From: Basidiobolus meristosporus CBS 931.73
Lineage: Eukaryota; Fungi; Basidiobolomycota
Direction: 5' to 3'
NCBI GenBank assembly: GCA_002104905.1
Contig: MCFE01000147.1
Location: forward strand, 1 to 64,000
DNA length: 64,000 nucleotides
Shown here: positions 10,756 to 23,030 of the stretch, piece after piece
Layout: each line of letters opens with the position of its first letter
How positions within the stretch are numbered: position 1 is the first letter of the stretch
Made by a program: the position numbers and the translations under genes
Notes under the pieces: model-generated
The model's database searches: none
Told to the model about the DNA's origin: nothing
What the model saw: the letters and a program-made list of their open reading frames with translations, nothing else

Positions 10756-12714
10756 ATGACTGTATTGCTCGAGGACTGTTACGCCGAACCACCAAAGGTG
10801 CTTACTATTGCAGGAAGCGATAGTGGAGGGTACTTTTTATCTGGTTACTTCAACATCTTGCAGAGCTCTGATGTCCTTTTCTTAGGGGTGCTGGTATCCA
10901 GGCTGATTTGAAGACTTTTACTGCCTTGCAAGTGTACGGAACTTCGGTCATTACTTCAGTCACCTCTCAGAATACAGTTGCAGTGGATGGCATACAGGCA
11001 CTACCCTCTGAATTTGTAGGCCAACAGCTCAATGCTGTGCTCTCTGATATCGGGGCTGAAGCAGTCAAGACGGGTATGTATATCTCAAATACAAAGCAAG
11101 GTGGTTTATTGAGCATTTCTTTCTTCATTAGGAATGCTCTTTAATAGCGAAATTATCGAAGCAGTTACAAAGATTTTGGGGGAATTCGCACTCAGCAAAG
11201 AACTTAAGCTGGTTGTTGATCCGGTGATGGTCTCGGCTTCTGGCTCTACTCTGGTTAATCCCAAGGCTGTGCATGCAATGAAACATACCCTCACTCCTAT
11301 GGCCCAAATACTTACGCCAAATATTCACGAAGCGGAATTACTGCTCTGTACCGAAAATGAGCCCAGAGTCACCAATACAATCCAAACCTTGGAAGATATG
11401 ATATCCGCTGCAAAAGAATTGACAGCCCTTGGCCCACGTATTGTGCTGGTCAAAGGTGGTTCAATCGCGTTCGATAAGAACATGAAGAAAGTGGACATTG
11501 ACTCGACTAGCGAGCCTCTCTTTGTCGTGGATATTTTTTATGACAAGGAATCCAACGAGCTAGTTGAATTCAAACGAGAATTCATCAGAACCAAGAACAA
11601 CCACGGAACAGGATGTACGCTTAGTGCTGCTATTGCCGCTGGCCTTGGTAAAGGGTTAACAGGTAAAGTAAATAGTCTGTAGCTGCCATCAAGCTGATTT
11701 ATTGACGGCCATAATCAAATCTAGCGAAGGAGGCTGTTGCAAAAGGCATTGAATACGTTCACTCAGCAATACAGACAAGTTTTACTGTTGGCCACGGACA
11801 TGGCCCATTGAACCACTTCCACGGACTTGTCAAGCTCCCACTCCCTCAGTAAGAATACAGCCGCAGCACATTACAATTCAAGTAATATGACTAATACTTT
11901 CTACTAGCCCATCCACCCTTGAACCACACCCATTAAGCAACTACCTTATCGGATCGAACCCAGAATTGTGGCATGAATACACCCATCATCCCTTTGTGCA
12001 GCAAATGGCCGACGGAACACTTCCTCGAGAGTCGTTTATACACTACATCAAGCAAGACTACATCTACCTTCAGCATTATGCACGCGCAAATGCTTTGGCC
12101 AGCTATAAAGCCAGCACTATGAGCGAAATTGCAGCAGCTGCACAGATCGTAGTTCATATCGCAACTGAAAGTCAACTTCATGTCAAGGTAAGATTGGATG
12201 CCCTACAGCGGTATTGTTGCATAGCTAATTCACCATTGGTTAACAATCATTCAGTACTGTGAGCAATGGGGCATAACCTACGAGGATATTTTAAATACCG
12301 AGGAGAGCATGCAAAATGTTGCCTATACCCGTTATGTGCTGGATAAGGGCCATTCCGGGGGTCCATTGGACCTTCAGGTTGCGTTGGCACCCTGCTTACT
12401 TGGCTACGGTGTTATTGGGAAGCGTTTGTTTAACGACCCCAATACCAAAAGAGGCATGTCTGGACATTCGCTTGGCTGATTCTCGCTAGCTAACATTACG
12501 GACGTGTATAGATGGAAATCCTTACTGGCCTTGGATCCGAAATTACGCGGAAGACGACTATCAACAGGCCTGTCAAGCCGGGATGAGCCTCATGGAAAAG
12601 TACGCGGTCAGATTGGCCCCTTCTGCACATCGTTTGGCCGAGTTGGTGAAGATATTTAACGAGGCAACCAAGCTGGAGGTTGCATTCTGGCAAATGGGGC
12701 TGGACCGAAGCTGA
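10756..12714 (+). CDS. THI20: Bifunctional hydroxymethylpyrimidine/HMP-P kinase + thiaminase II (TenA) fusion, ~6 introns
   Basis: [91 protein letters not shown]; TenA part [52 protein letters not shown]. Confidence 0.93.
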
Positions 12715-13175
12715 GTATCTAATTCAATCAATAAATTCATCATTGTTGGAGCATTTTCGTAAATACATGGTGCTGGTAAAATACCTCATCGTTGCATCAC
12801 CAGCGAAATTTCCGATCGTGACTGTTAGTATCCTATCAGGTTGGTATTGGCAGATTAATCACTGTCAAATGCCAAGAATCCGATGTATTTAACGTAACCT
12901 ATTGCGGAACATCGGTCTCTGGATGTTAGCAATGCTTCAAACTCATTTCATCAACAAATCTAAACATCGTCATCAAGCAAATATTAAACACAGAATAGGA
13001 TTAATTGGTTATTCGAATACCTTTAGCCAAGAAGTCTTGCCATTGGCTGATGAATGATTTCTCGAGACTCCCCACACTAGCTCTTACGTAGATTATAAAT
13101 CTTCCTTGTGGTTCAGAACCTCTCAATAATCCCTTTCCCCTCGCGTAATTCACCTCCAACAAACACATAGCCTCG

Positions 13176-15581
13176 ATGGAAGCCAGAAAATTTATCAAGA
13201 AGTACCCTCAACTGGACTTCAACGATGTTGACCAAATCATTCGTCAGTTTGAGTAGGTTTTTTACTATGTTATTGTACCTGTGTTTTATGGTTGCTAACA
13301 GTTGTACCCAAGAAACTTTGATATGGATGGCGATGGTGTCATCGACCAACGCGAACTCTATCAAGCGTGCCAAAAATTAGGCCAGCGATACACCTATGAT
13401 GAAGTACGTGCGGCTATCAAAGAAGTTGATTTCAGTCGTGATGATGCAATCGATCTCGAGGAGTTCTTTGAGGTACCAGGTCATTATTTATTGGGCAACC
13501 AAGCGCACTCTTTCTCATGCCTCATTTTAGGTCGTAGCCAAAATGAAGGATGGCCAACAAGTCGCTCCAGTTTTCGCTGGAATCATGAACAAAAACGTCA
13601 TTACCGTCAAAGGAAAGGGCTCCGACTCTGCCCACTCCATCAACGAAGACGAGAAAGCCGAGTTTACTACCCATGTGAACCAGACCCTGGCAGAAGACCC
13701 GGACCTTGGAAACAGACTGCCTATTGATCCCGACACTATGCAACTTTTTGATGAATGCAAAGGTAACATCCCACTCCTAGAGGGGTTTTCTGATGCATAA
13801 CTCACCCATTTCTTGTAGATGGTTTGATTTTGTCCAAGCTTATCAACAGCGCATCTCCCGACACTATTGATGAGCGTGTATTGAATGTTGGGCGCAAGTT
13901 GAACACATTCCAAATGACTGAGAACAACAATCTCGTCATCAACTCTGCCAAGGCTATCGGCTGCAACGTCGTCAACATTGGCTCGCAAGATTTAATTGAG
14001 GGTAGAGAACATCTCATCTTGGGTCTTATCTGGCAAATCATCAAGATCGGCTTGCTCGCCAAGATCGATATCAAATTACACCCTGAGTTGTACCGTTTGC
14101 TCGAAGAAGATGAAACTTTGGAAGATTTCCTCAAACTTCCCGCTGATGCCATTCTTCTAAGATGGGTAAACTATCACTTGAAGGCTGCCAACTGGCATCG
14201 TCAGGTGAAGAATTTCAGTACTGACGTCAAGGTAAGTGCTTTGGACAAGTAAGCATCGCATCGCGGTTGTATTGGCAATAACCGTTGCTCCTCGTAATAA
14301 CGCTAGGATGGTGAAAATTACACTGTCCTGTTGCACCAACTCGTTCCTGACCAATGTCCACTCTCGCCTCTCCAAGAGAGGGATCTCTACCAGCGTGCTG
14401 AAATGGTTTGTGCTAATTTCCGTCCCATCGTTATTGGGTCCCGATTTCCTAACGTGTATGCATTAGGTCTTGAACAATGCTGAAAACATCGGTTGTCGCA
14501 AATACCTCACCCCCAAGACGCTAGTTGCTGGAAATCCCAAGTTAAACCTGGCTTTCGTAGCCTATTTGTTTAACACCCATCCAGGCCTCGCACCCTTGAC
14601 TGAACAAGAGAAGACCGAATTGGATGAATGGCTTTTCAACTCTGAAGGCGATCGTGAAGCTAGAGGTATTTTCTAGATGCCATCCACTGCATCGTAACAC
14701 GCTAATCGACTGCTATTTTACCAGCATTCTCCCTTTGGATGAACAGTCTGGGAGTTGATCCGTTCGTCAACAATATTTTCGAAGATCTTAAGGTTTGTAT
14801 GATACGAAAGTTACTTGATTGAACTGACTTCCTAATTCCATACTTCTTAGGATGGTTTGGTTCTACTTCAAGTGATGGACAAGGTGAGCCCTAACCTTGT
14901 CGAGTGGAGAAGAGTCAATGCCAAGAAGCCAGTTGTCAGTCGCTTCAAGCAAGTAGAAAACACCAACTACGTTGTCGATCTTGGGAAACAGCTCCGATTC
15001 TCGCTTGTTGGAATCCAAGGAGCCGATCTCACCGACGGTGTCCCTACTCTTACACTAGGTACGTAACAAGACTAGTAATCGAGCACTACACTGCATCCAC
15101 TAATATGGCCCAATTTAGGCCTTGTATGGCAGTTGATGCGCGAGCATATCATCCGTACACTCCAGTCTTTGTCTAAGAACGGCCGTGAAATCACCGATAA
15201 TGATATGATCAGGTGGGCCAACAACACTGTTGCACAAAGCGGAAAGCGTACCAAGATGACCAGCTTCAAGGACTCAAGCCTGCACAACAGCTTCTTCTTC
15301 TTGGATCTTCTCGATGCTATGCGCCCTGGAGTAGTAGATTACTCCATGATCACCAACGGCTCCACCGGTAAGTGAAAGCGAGCTTGCGTGGCAATCCAGT
15401 TCACTAATAACAAGGCTTGCAACTAGAAAATGACGCCAAATTGAACGCCAAGTATGCCATCTCGATCGCACGTAAACTCGGCGCCTCTATCTTCCTACTT
15501 CCAGAAGATATTGTTGAAGTCAAGCCAAGAATGAACCTCACGTTCATTGGCAGTTTGATGGCTTTAGACCGCCACAACTAA
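13176..15581 (+). CDS. SAC6: Fimbrin/plastin (EF-hands + four calponin-homology domains), multi-intron
   Basis: [26 protein letters not shown]...[117 protein letters not shown]. Confidence 0.96.
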
Positions 15582-16978
15582 GTTTTGAGTTGGATAGAAT
15601 ATGTTCATGGAAAACCCCTTTATAAATAACTCCTCACCCTGTTTACCACACTATCACCTCTACAATAAATCAATGTATATGTTGGGACTCTGAGATCGAA
15701 TATCTAATATAGCAATGGATGCATGGAACTTTAAATGAATATCTATAAATATATGCACCCTAACCATAATTGCTTTCACCAGCCACCCAATCATTGATCA
15801 TGAATCAGAAAGACGATCAAGCGCAGAACAATAGTTCTCCATCTCGGTCTACCAATCGGTTGGAAGTCGCAAGCAATAAAGTCTAACAATGGCTGTTACA
15901 CACCGTTGTTGTTTGCCACGAATGCCATATATACTCTGTGTTACATCCCACCATGCCACTTGATCCCCCGGCCATGTGATTGGAGGAAAATGAGCCATTG
16001 AGGTTGTGCTCGGTGGAGAGAAATCCGAGCCTAAATCTCCGAGGCTATGGCAGAGGGTCATATTGGGTGATGCTTGTGGCAGGTTACCACTTCTCGAGGC
16101 TTTTGGGATTCCGGTTGACACATTTCCCCACGCGCTCCTTCCAATCTACTGGAATGATTCTCCTTCCCCATTGCCGTTACTCCATCCTGCATTGCAAGTA
16201 CGTTAACTCGGATCTCTGAGGCCCCTTTGTAGTCGCCATTTTATAGTTGTCGGGTAATCTGCGAGCTGCGCATGTATGCTCGCCGTGAGAACATGGGATT
16301 CAGAAAATAATCGCAATATTGATGTGAAACATGGCTTGACTTAAATGACTATTCAGGTCTTAGATACGGGATGCGGTGTCTGCGCTGCCCACATCCTGTA
16401 CCTCCGTTATGTCCATTCTCCGCTGGAATTGAAACATTCGATCGATGGTGAGCTAGACGGATTCGTTTAGTAGACATGGATAGAAATATATATGTTTAGT
16501 TCTCCGTCGCCATTCGTCCCATGCACACACGGCAAAACCCAGCTGGCAGAATTCAGCGAGGGAGATCTGCCTTTTCCTGAATTTGTTCCATGTGTCACAC
16601 GAAATGGGTTTGGCAACTGTGGATTGCTGAGAAGATTCTTTTCAGGGTTAATACATGCAAGGGTTAGCCACTCCAATCAAGGATATCTATTCCAGGGCTA
16701 GGGACTGGCGAGCCAATCGCTCCAGGTGTGTTACATTACTAAGGTTGAGCGAACGCTCGAAATGAAAACCAAGATTGATTCTCTGAATAGTTAACCCGAA
16801 TGGTAATAGTAATCCATCTCATGGTGAACTCAAGTCACAAGCCGTGTCTTTTTTTCCACCACGTCAAGTCACACTGACTCATGTGACTCCTCCTCCTGCC
16901 ATATTTAAGCGGGGCGAACTATCCCATCGTACCGCACAAATACCTAGCTCTCGAGTTGTTTTATTAATACACAGATTC

Positions 16979-18880
16979 ATGCCCATTCCTTTCCGAAACA
17001 CTTCTGCCTTTTGTAACTTGTCCTCAAGAGCCACCTCCGCTCTTGCTCGTTCCAGCAGAGCGGGCGCTCCGTTCCCCAGACTTGCCACCTCTGGGAATAG
17101 GCAACTGGCTCACCACAGGCTTGCCAATTATAGTGCTCAGGTTCGTAATTCCTCAACCACCACCAAAGTAGGCAACGATGCACGCTCCCGTTTGTGGCCA
17201 GCCGTCTTGTACGGATCTGCCTTCACGGCAGGTGTTGCTACTGTTTCCTTTATGAGCTCGTCCTCCAACACCTCCTATGCCGAGGCAGGTGTGCAGGACG
17301 GTGTTGCCCCTAATTCGCTGACCAGTGATCCCAGAATCGGGGTCAAAAACAAATCCACCTACGACCTGGTGGTTTCTCTATTGGTGTATAAGATGTGCAT
17401 GATGACCACCCTGGTTGAATGGTCACCCAAGCTCATCGAGCTTTGCGAAAAGCTCCACATCACCGGGCCTGCATACTGGTTCATTAAGCATACTTTCTTC
17501 AACCACTTCTGCGGTGGCGAGAACCAAGATGAGATTGCATCTACCATGGACAGCTTTAAATCTGCTGGGATTGGCTCCATCCTGGATGTTTCCATTGAGG
17601 TGGATCTCGATAAGCTTCCCGAGGCGGAGACCCCTGAGGCGGTTCGGGCCCTTTGGAATGACCGTGCGGACCAAGTGGCCTCCTTGTTGAAGGGATCAGT
17701 CAAGGCTGCTAGCGTAGAGCCCAACAGTTTCTCTGCAATCAAGCTGACCCCTTTGCTTTCCCCGCTGACTCTCCAGAAGGTTTCCTATAACCTTTACAAC
17801 CTCAGAGCTAGCTTTGTTCACGAGGATGGCGACAAGGACGGCAGACTCAACAAGGAAGAGTTTGCCTCGGTCATCAAGCAGCTTCCTGGAGCCAAACAAT
17901 CCGACCTTGGCTCGGTGATAGACGCTCTTTTCGAGAGAGCTGACGTTCACCAGCAGGGCTCCATTGACTGGATTGATTTCTCAAGATCCCTTTCCCTCGA
18001 AGACCCCCTCTCAAGACCGCTGTTCATGGGAGAGAGTAACAAGGAGCCATCTTCAGAAGGGGCAGCCGCCTTTGTCCCATTGAGCAGGACCGAGATGGAG
18101 GACTTCGATCTCTTCATGGGACGTGTTGTGTCCATCTGCGAATACGCGCAGGAAAACAAAGTCCGTCTTATGATTGATGCGGAGCAGTCATACTTCCAAG
18201 ATGCCATCGATTATGCAGCCATGGAGGTTAGCCAGCGCTACAACCAAGTTGGCCAAGAGTCCGGACCCCTTGTATTTAATACCTATCAGATGTACCTCAA
18301 AGACAGCACCCGCAAGCTGATGAACGATTATGAGCGTTCGCAACGCCAGAACTTCACTTTCGGTGCCAAGCTTGTCCGTGGTGCCTACATGGTGACCGAG
18401 CGCAAGCGCTGTGAGAAACTGGGAATCCCAGACATCATCAACAACACCATCGAGGACACTCACCAATGCTACGACTCGGGAGTTGCCTTTTTGTTGGACC
18501 AAATCAAACCCACTGACACCCTGAGCAGCACCCCTGCCGCCTTCATGGTCGCCTCACACAACAAGGACTCCGTAGCCAAGACCTGCGCCGGCCTGGAGAA
18601 GCGCGGTCTGTCGCCCAAGACTGACATGGTTATGTTCGGTCAGTTGATGGGTATGAAGGACGGACTCTCCTATGCCCTGGGTGCCAACGGATACAAGATC
18701 TTCAAGTATGTACCATACGGCCCAATCCACGAGGTGGTTCCATACCTCATTCGTCGTGCCCAGGAGAACTCCAGTGTTCTTGGTGCCGCTCAGGAGGAAT
18801 ATGACGTGATCTTCGCTGAGATCAAATTCCGCCTTTTCGGGCAAGGCACCAAGATTCCTGTAGAAGTCAAAACCGCCTAA
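16979..18880 (+). CDS. PUT1: Mitochondrial proline dehydrogenase with EF-hand insertion, intronless
   Basis: HFCGGE, GIGSILDVSIE, AIKLTPL, VRLMIDAEQSYFQDAID, VFNTYQMYLKDS, FGAKLVRGAYM..ER, MVASHN, FGQLMGM, YVPYGP..EVVPYLIRRAQEN. Arg/Ser-rich presequence from ATG 16979. EF-hand loops EDGDKDGRLNKEEF and DVHQQGSIDWIDF. Confidence 0.95.
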   Translation: MPIPFRNTSAFCNLSSRATSALARSSRAGAPFPRLATSGNRQLAHHRLANYSAQVRNSSTTTKVGNDARSRLWPAVLYGSAFTAGVATVSFMSSSSNTSYAEAGVQDGVAPNSLTSDPRIGVKNKSTYDLVVSLLVYKMCMMTTLVEWSPKLIELCEKLHITGPAYWFIKHTFFNHFCGGENQDEIASTMDSFKSAGIGSILDVSIEVDLDKLPEAETPEAVRALWNDRADQVASLLKGSVKAASVEPNSFSAIKLTPLLSPLTLQKVSYNLYNLRASFVHEDGDKDGRLNKEEFASVIKQLPGAKQSDLGSVIDALFERADVHQQGSIDWIDFSRSLSLEDPLSRPLFMGESNKEPSSEGAAAFVPLSRTEMEDFDLFMGRVVSICEYAQENKVRLMIDAEQSYFQDAIDYAAMEVSQRYNQVGQESGPLVFNTYQMYLKDSTRKLMNDYERSQRQNFTFGAKLVRGAYMVTERKRCEKLGIPDIINNTIEDTHQCYDSGVAFLLDQIKPTDTLSSTPAAFMVASHNKDSVAKTCAGLEKRGLSPKTDMVMFGQLMGMKDGLSYALGANGYKIFKYVPYGPIHEVVPYLIRRAQENSSVLGAAQEEYDVIFAEIKFRLFGQGTKIPVEVKTA

Positions 18881-19215
18881 TGCAATGTACACCTTTTACC
18901 CTGCTCCCCCTTTCCCCCACCCTGGCTATTAGAATTTAGCGCTCATCACACTTGTATATTCTCATTTCGACCTAGCATCCCAACTAATACCAATAAAAAG
19001 TCCCCCATCCACCATAAGCATCACCTGACCCCAGCCACATCGGATCCCGGAATTCTCCATAACCTTATACTTGGCTTTATTAATTAGTCTCGCAACATGG
19101 TTCCTAACCGCCAGCGATGCTCAGCCAAAGTTCAACATACAATGGGCATTTATTAGCTAATAGGAACAAGGAAAAGGGCACCAAAGAGAAGATATATGTG
19201 CACTATGTATAAGAC

Positions 19216-19730
19216 CTAATATCGTGGGGCTGGGCGCTCATTTGATTTTCTGTCCTCCCTCCTGTTTTCCGAGTAGCTTCTATTCTCTCCCCAGCGATCT
19301 CCGTCGCGGTTTCCATACGAGCCACCCCTGTAGCCTCCACCACCATTTCGGTTGTTGTGACTTTGGCTGTGGTTGTTGTTGTTGTCATACCGCCGGTTCT
19401 GGTTGTAATCTCCTTGGTAGCCATGATGGTTGCCTCCGGATTGCCTCGAGCCCCCTGAGTAATCGTTGCGCCGGCCACCCCCACCATAGTGGCCACCTCT
19501 ATCTCCACTGTTGCGATCATAACGTTGGCCCTCGTAGCCACCCCGATGACCGCCTCTGAAGCGCTGGAAGGTGGGTTTGGGGACGCTCTGGAAGGTAGGT
19601 GGAGGGATGTTCGATTCTAGAGGGGTTTCTTTGTATTCCGGATCGGCATCTGTGATGCAAGTAAAGCAAGGATAAGCAGCGCGTTCAGACAAGGGTGAAG
19701 TCCATCCAACTCACCAGTGTATGGGTCCAT
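19216..19730 (-). CDS. 149-aa RGG/Gly-Asn-Tyr-rich low-complexity protein of unknown function
   Basis: Exon 19730-19715 (ATG GAC CCA TAC ACT G), GT-AG intron 19714-19650, exon 19649-19216: MDPYTDADPEYKETP...FRGGHRGGYEGQRY...NNNNHSQSHNNRNGGGGYRGG. Upstream exons cannot be excluded. Confidence 0.6.
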
Positions 19731-20116
19731 GTTTCTTGAAGTGATGAGAGGTGTGCAGTGCTGATTTTCAAGGGATTTAATCAAAAAATTCAAGTAAATC
19801 GCATCAATATCTGGTGCATATAGGGCCTCAGCAATCCCAGGCAATCTACTAGCCAGCTGGTGGTGGAGCCCAAAGAAATACATGGTCAGTCAGGTGATGT
19901 ATCCTACAATGTAGTTCTGTGTCAAAAAAAAAAGTGTAACCGAGTTAGGTACGTGTACATTTATTAATGTCAACGGGGCAAAGCTCACTCGATTCGAATT
20001 TATCCCTCCCTCTTTTTGACCTTCCTTCCTCGTGTTTCTCAACAATCCCCCTTTCCCTCTTTCCTCTCTGGAACCAACCTTAAAGTTTATTTCTACTTCC
20101 CCTCACCGAAAGCACT

Positions 20117-21129
<1,013 letters not shown>

Positions 21130-21496
21130 ATACGCAAGTAATTCGTGCCCGAGTCCGCCTGTCCTAGCCAACCCAACCTTATTTGAAGAGCGTTTTCTTG
21201 ACATCCCTTCTTTCAGTGGCATTGCTTTGCGTTTTCAAGACTGTCTTCCATTCCACAACATCAAGTCTTATTAATTCCATTAATCATATTCCTGTCTTGT
21301 TAGAATCCATTTCGTTTAGCTGTGTCCTCATGATAATCAGTAAACACAGTAAATGAAACAAATTCCACCGAATCCCATTTGAATTCAGGGGATTTCGACG
21401 GCGAATGAATCATCGCCCATTCCTGATCCTCCTCCTGATCCCCTCTTTTTCCCTTGGTGCTTCGATTAAACGTCTTTTCAATTTTGTCTCTGAATC

Positions 21497-22174
21497 ATGT
21501 CTAAAGTCTGGGTTGTGTTGAGATCGGTTGAGAATGGCGGCCATTCAGAGACGAAAGTGGCAGGGGTATTCAGTGTGTATGAAGATGCGTACACCACCGC
21601 CATCAAGGAGATTCTACATTGGTGCGAGGAGGAGGCTGGCATCGAGGGGAAGGACATCTACTCCTCGCTGAAAGTGGAAGAATGTGAGTTGGTTAAGGTG
21701 GTTTCCTACGGGAACAGGATCCCTCTGAATGTTGAGGAGTTCCTCCTAGCCGCTGCCTTGGAGAATCTTTCCGAGTTGGCCGAAAGCCTCTACCAGCAGA
21801 AGCACTCCGGCGGCGGAAACTCCAAAGGCAAAGGCGTAGAGACCAAGCCGGAAGAGAAGCTCGTTGGGAAGCTGGTACGGTTTACGGTGACCTCCCATCT
21901 AGTTGACGTCTACGAGGCGGATGACGAGGATTATCAGCTTCAGGCCACCCCGGAAGCGCCAGACGAGCATGAGCTCTCTGGGGGAGAGGGGGATGAGGAT
22001 GACATGGAAGATATCGACAGCGACCTGGAGATGGACGTGGACGAAGATGAACTCAACGGGCTGTTAGAAGATCTCGAGCACGGGCCCGAGGAGTTGTTGG
22101 CGATGGCCAGCACGTATAGAAGTGCTGAATCCGCCTCAACCGCTCAACCCAGACCTGGCTCCTCCAAATCCTAG
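21497..22174 (+). CDS. Hypothetical 225-aa intronless protein with an acidic C-terminal tail
   Basis: Clean ATG-TAG ORF with coding-like composition; D/E-rich tail. No confident family. Confidence 0.7.
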   Translation: MSKVWVVLRSVENGGHSETKVAGVFSVYEDAYTTAIKEILHWCEEEAGIEGKDIYSSLKVEECELVKVVSYGNRIPLNVEEFLLAAALENLSELAESLYQQKHSGGGNSKGKGVETKPEEKLVGKLVRFTVTSHLVDVYEADDEDYQLQATPEAPDEHELSGGEGDEDDMEDIDSDLEMDVDEDELNGLLEDLEHGPEELLAMASTYRSAESASTAQPRPGSSKS

Positions 22175-23030
22175 TCATCGAATAAATCACCATTGACTCC
22201 GGCGACAGGAGCCTTCCGTGTAACATACATCAGTTTTGTTGATTGTTTATCGAAAAAGATGCGCAATAAATTCATTCCCATCATTCACTTGATTTGCCAG
22301 GTGGAAGACCCAAGGTTGCGCTTATATAAAGCAAACTTCACCGCTTGACGTCACTCGGTGCATGGAAGCTAAAAATATGAGGGGCCACGCGAGATGGTAG
22401 ATAAGGTTGTGGAATGGAAGCAGAACGGGAAGCAGAACGGGAAGTGGTTGTAGCGCTTCGAAAATAGCACAGAGCGTAGCATGATTTCTGATGGGTACAG
22501 TCAGCCCATCCACCTCAGTGGCGAGCGGGAGAGATACCACCGAGAGTTAATTGGGCTTCGGGGGATTCTCCTGGGAGCGGTGATGGTCAATACGGCTGCT
22601 TATGGTATACAATGGCTCGGCGGATAGAGTTGGGTATATATACGACACGGCCAATTGCCGTGATCAGGAAGCCGGTTCTGCTCAATCATCTCCGATTGTC
22701 CGAGTCAAGGAAGTTACCATGGTTTTGATCATCAAATGGCCAATCCAGGGTACGAGCCACCAATAGAACTAGCTTTGCGGTCTCATATGAATGGGATTTT
22801 GCATGATACGCGCCATTGAATGCTTCAGCATATCACGCGCCTTTGAATGGCATTGCTACTTCAAAATCGAGCCTTATTCTGGCTGGCTGGGGACTGGGGA
22901 CTATAAAACTCTCGACGGGACGGCCTGACTCGAGCAATCGATTGTAGGATTTGTCTTCCCTTGTCCGAACCCATTTTTATTGCATGCCCCCCTCTGGCTC
23001 CTGATCTCTCCACCCACAAATCCCTCCTCC

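Noticed and set aside
16011-16027. CGG-N11-CCG upstream of PUT1 as a Put3-like site
   Set aside because: Put3 sites are CGG-N10-CCG; this is a single occurrence ~950 bp upstream and is expected by chance.
16844-16978. 45-aa extension of PUT1 in the ORF track
   Set aside because: GTG start; it covers a TATA-like promoter region. ATG 16979 begins a plausible presequence.
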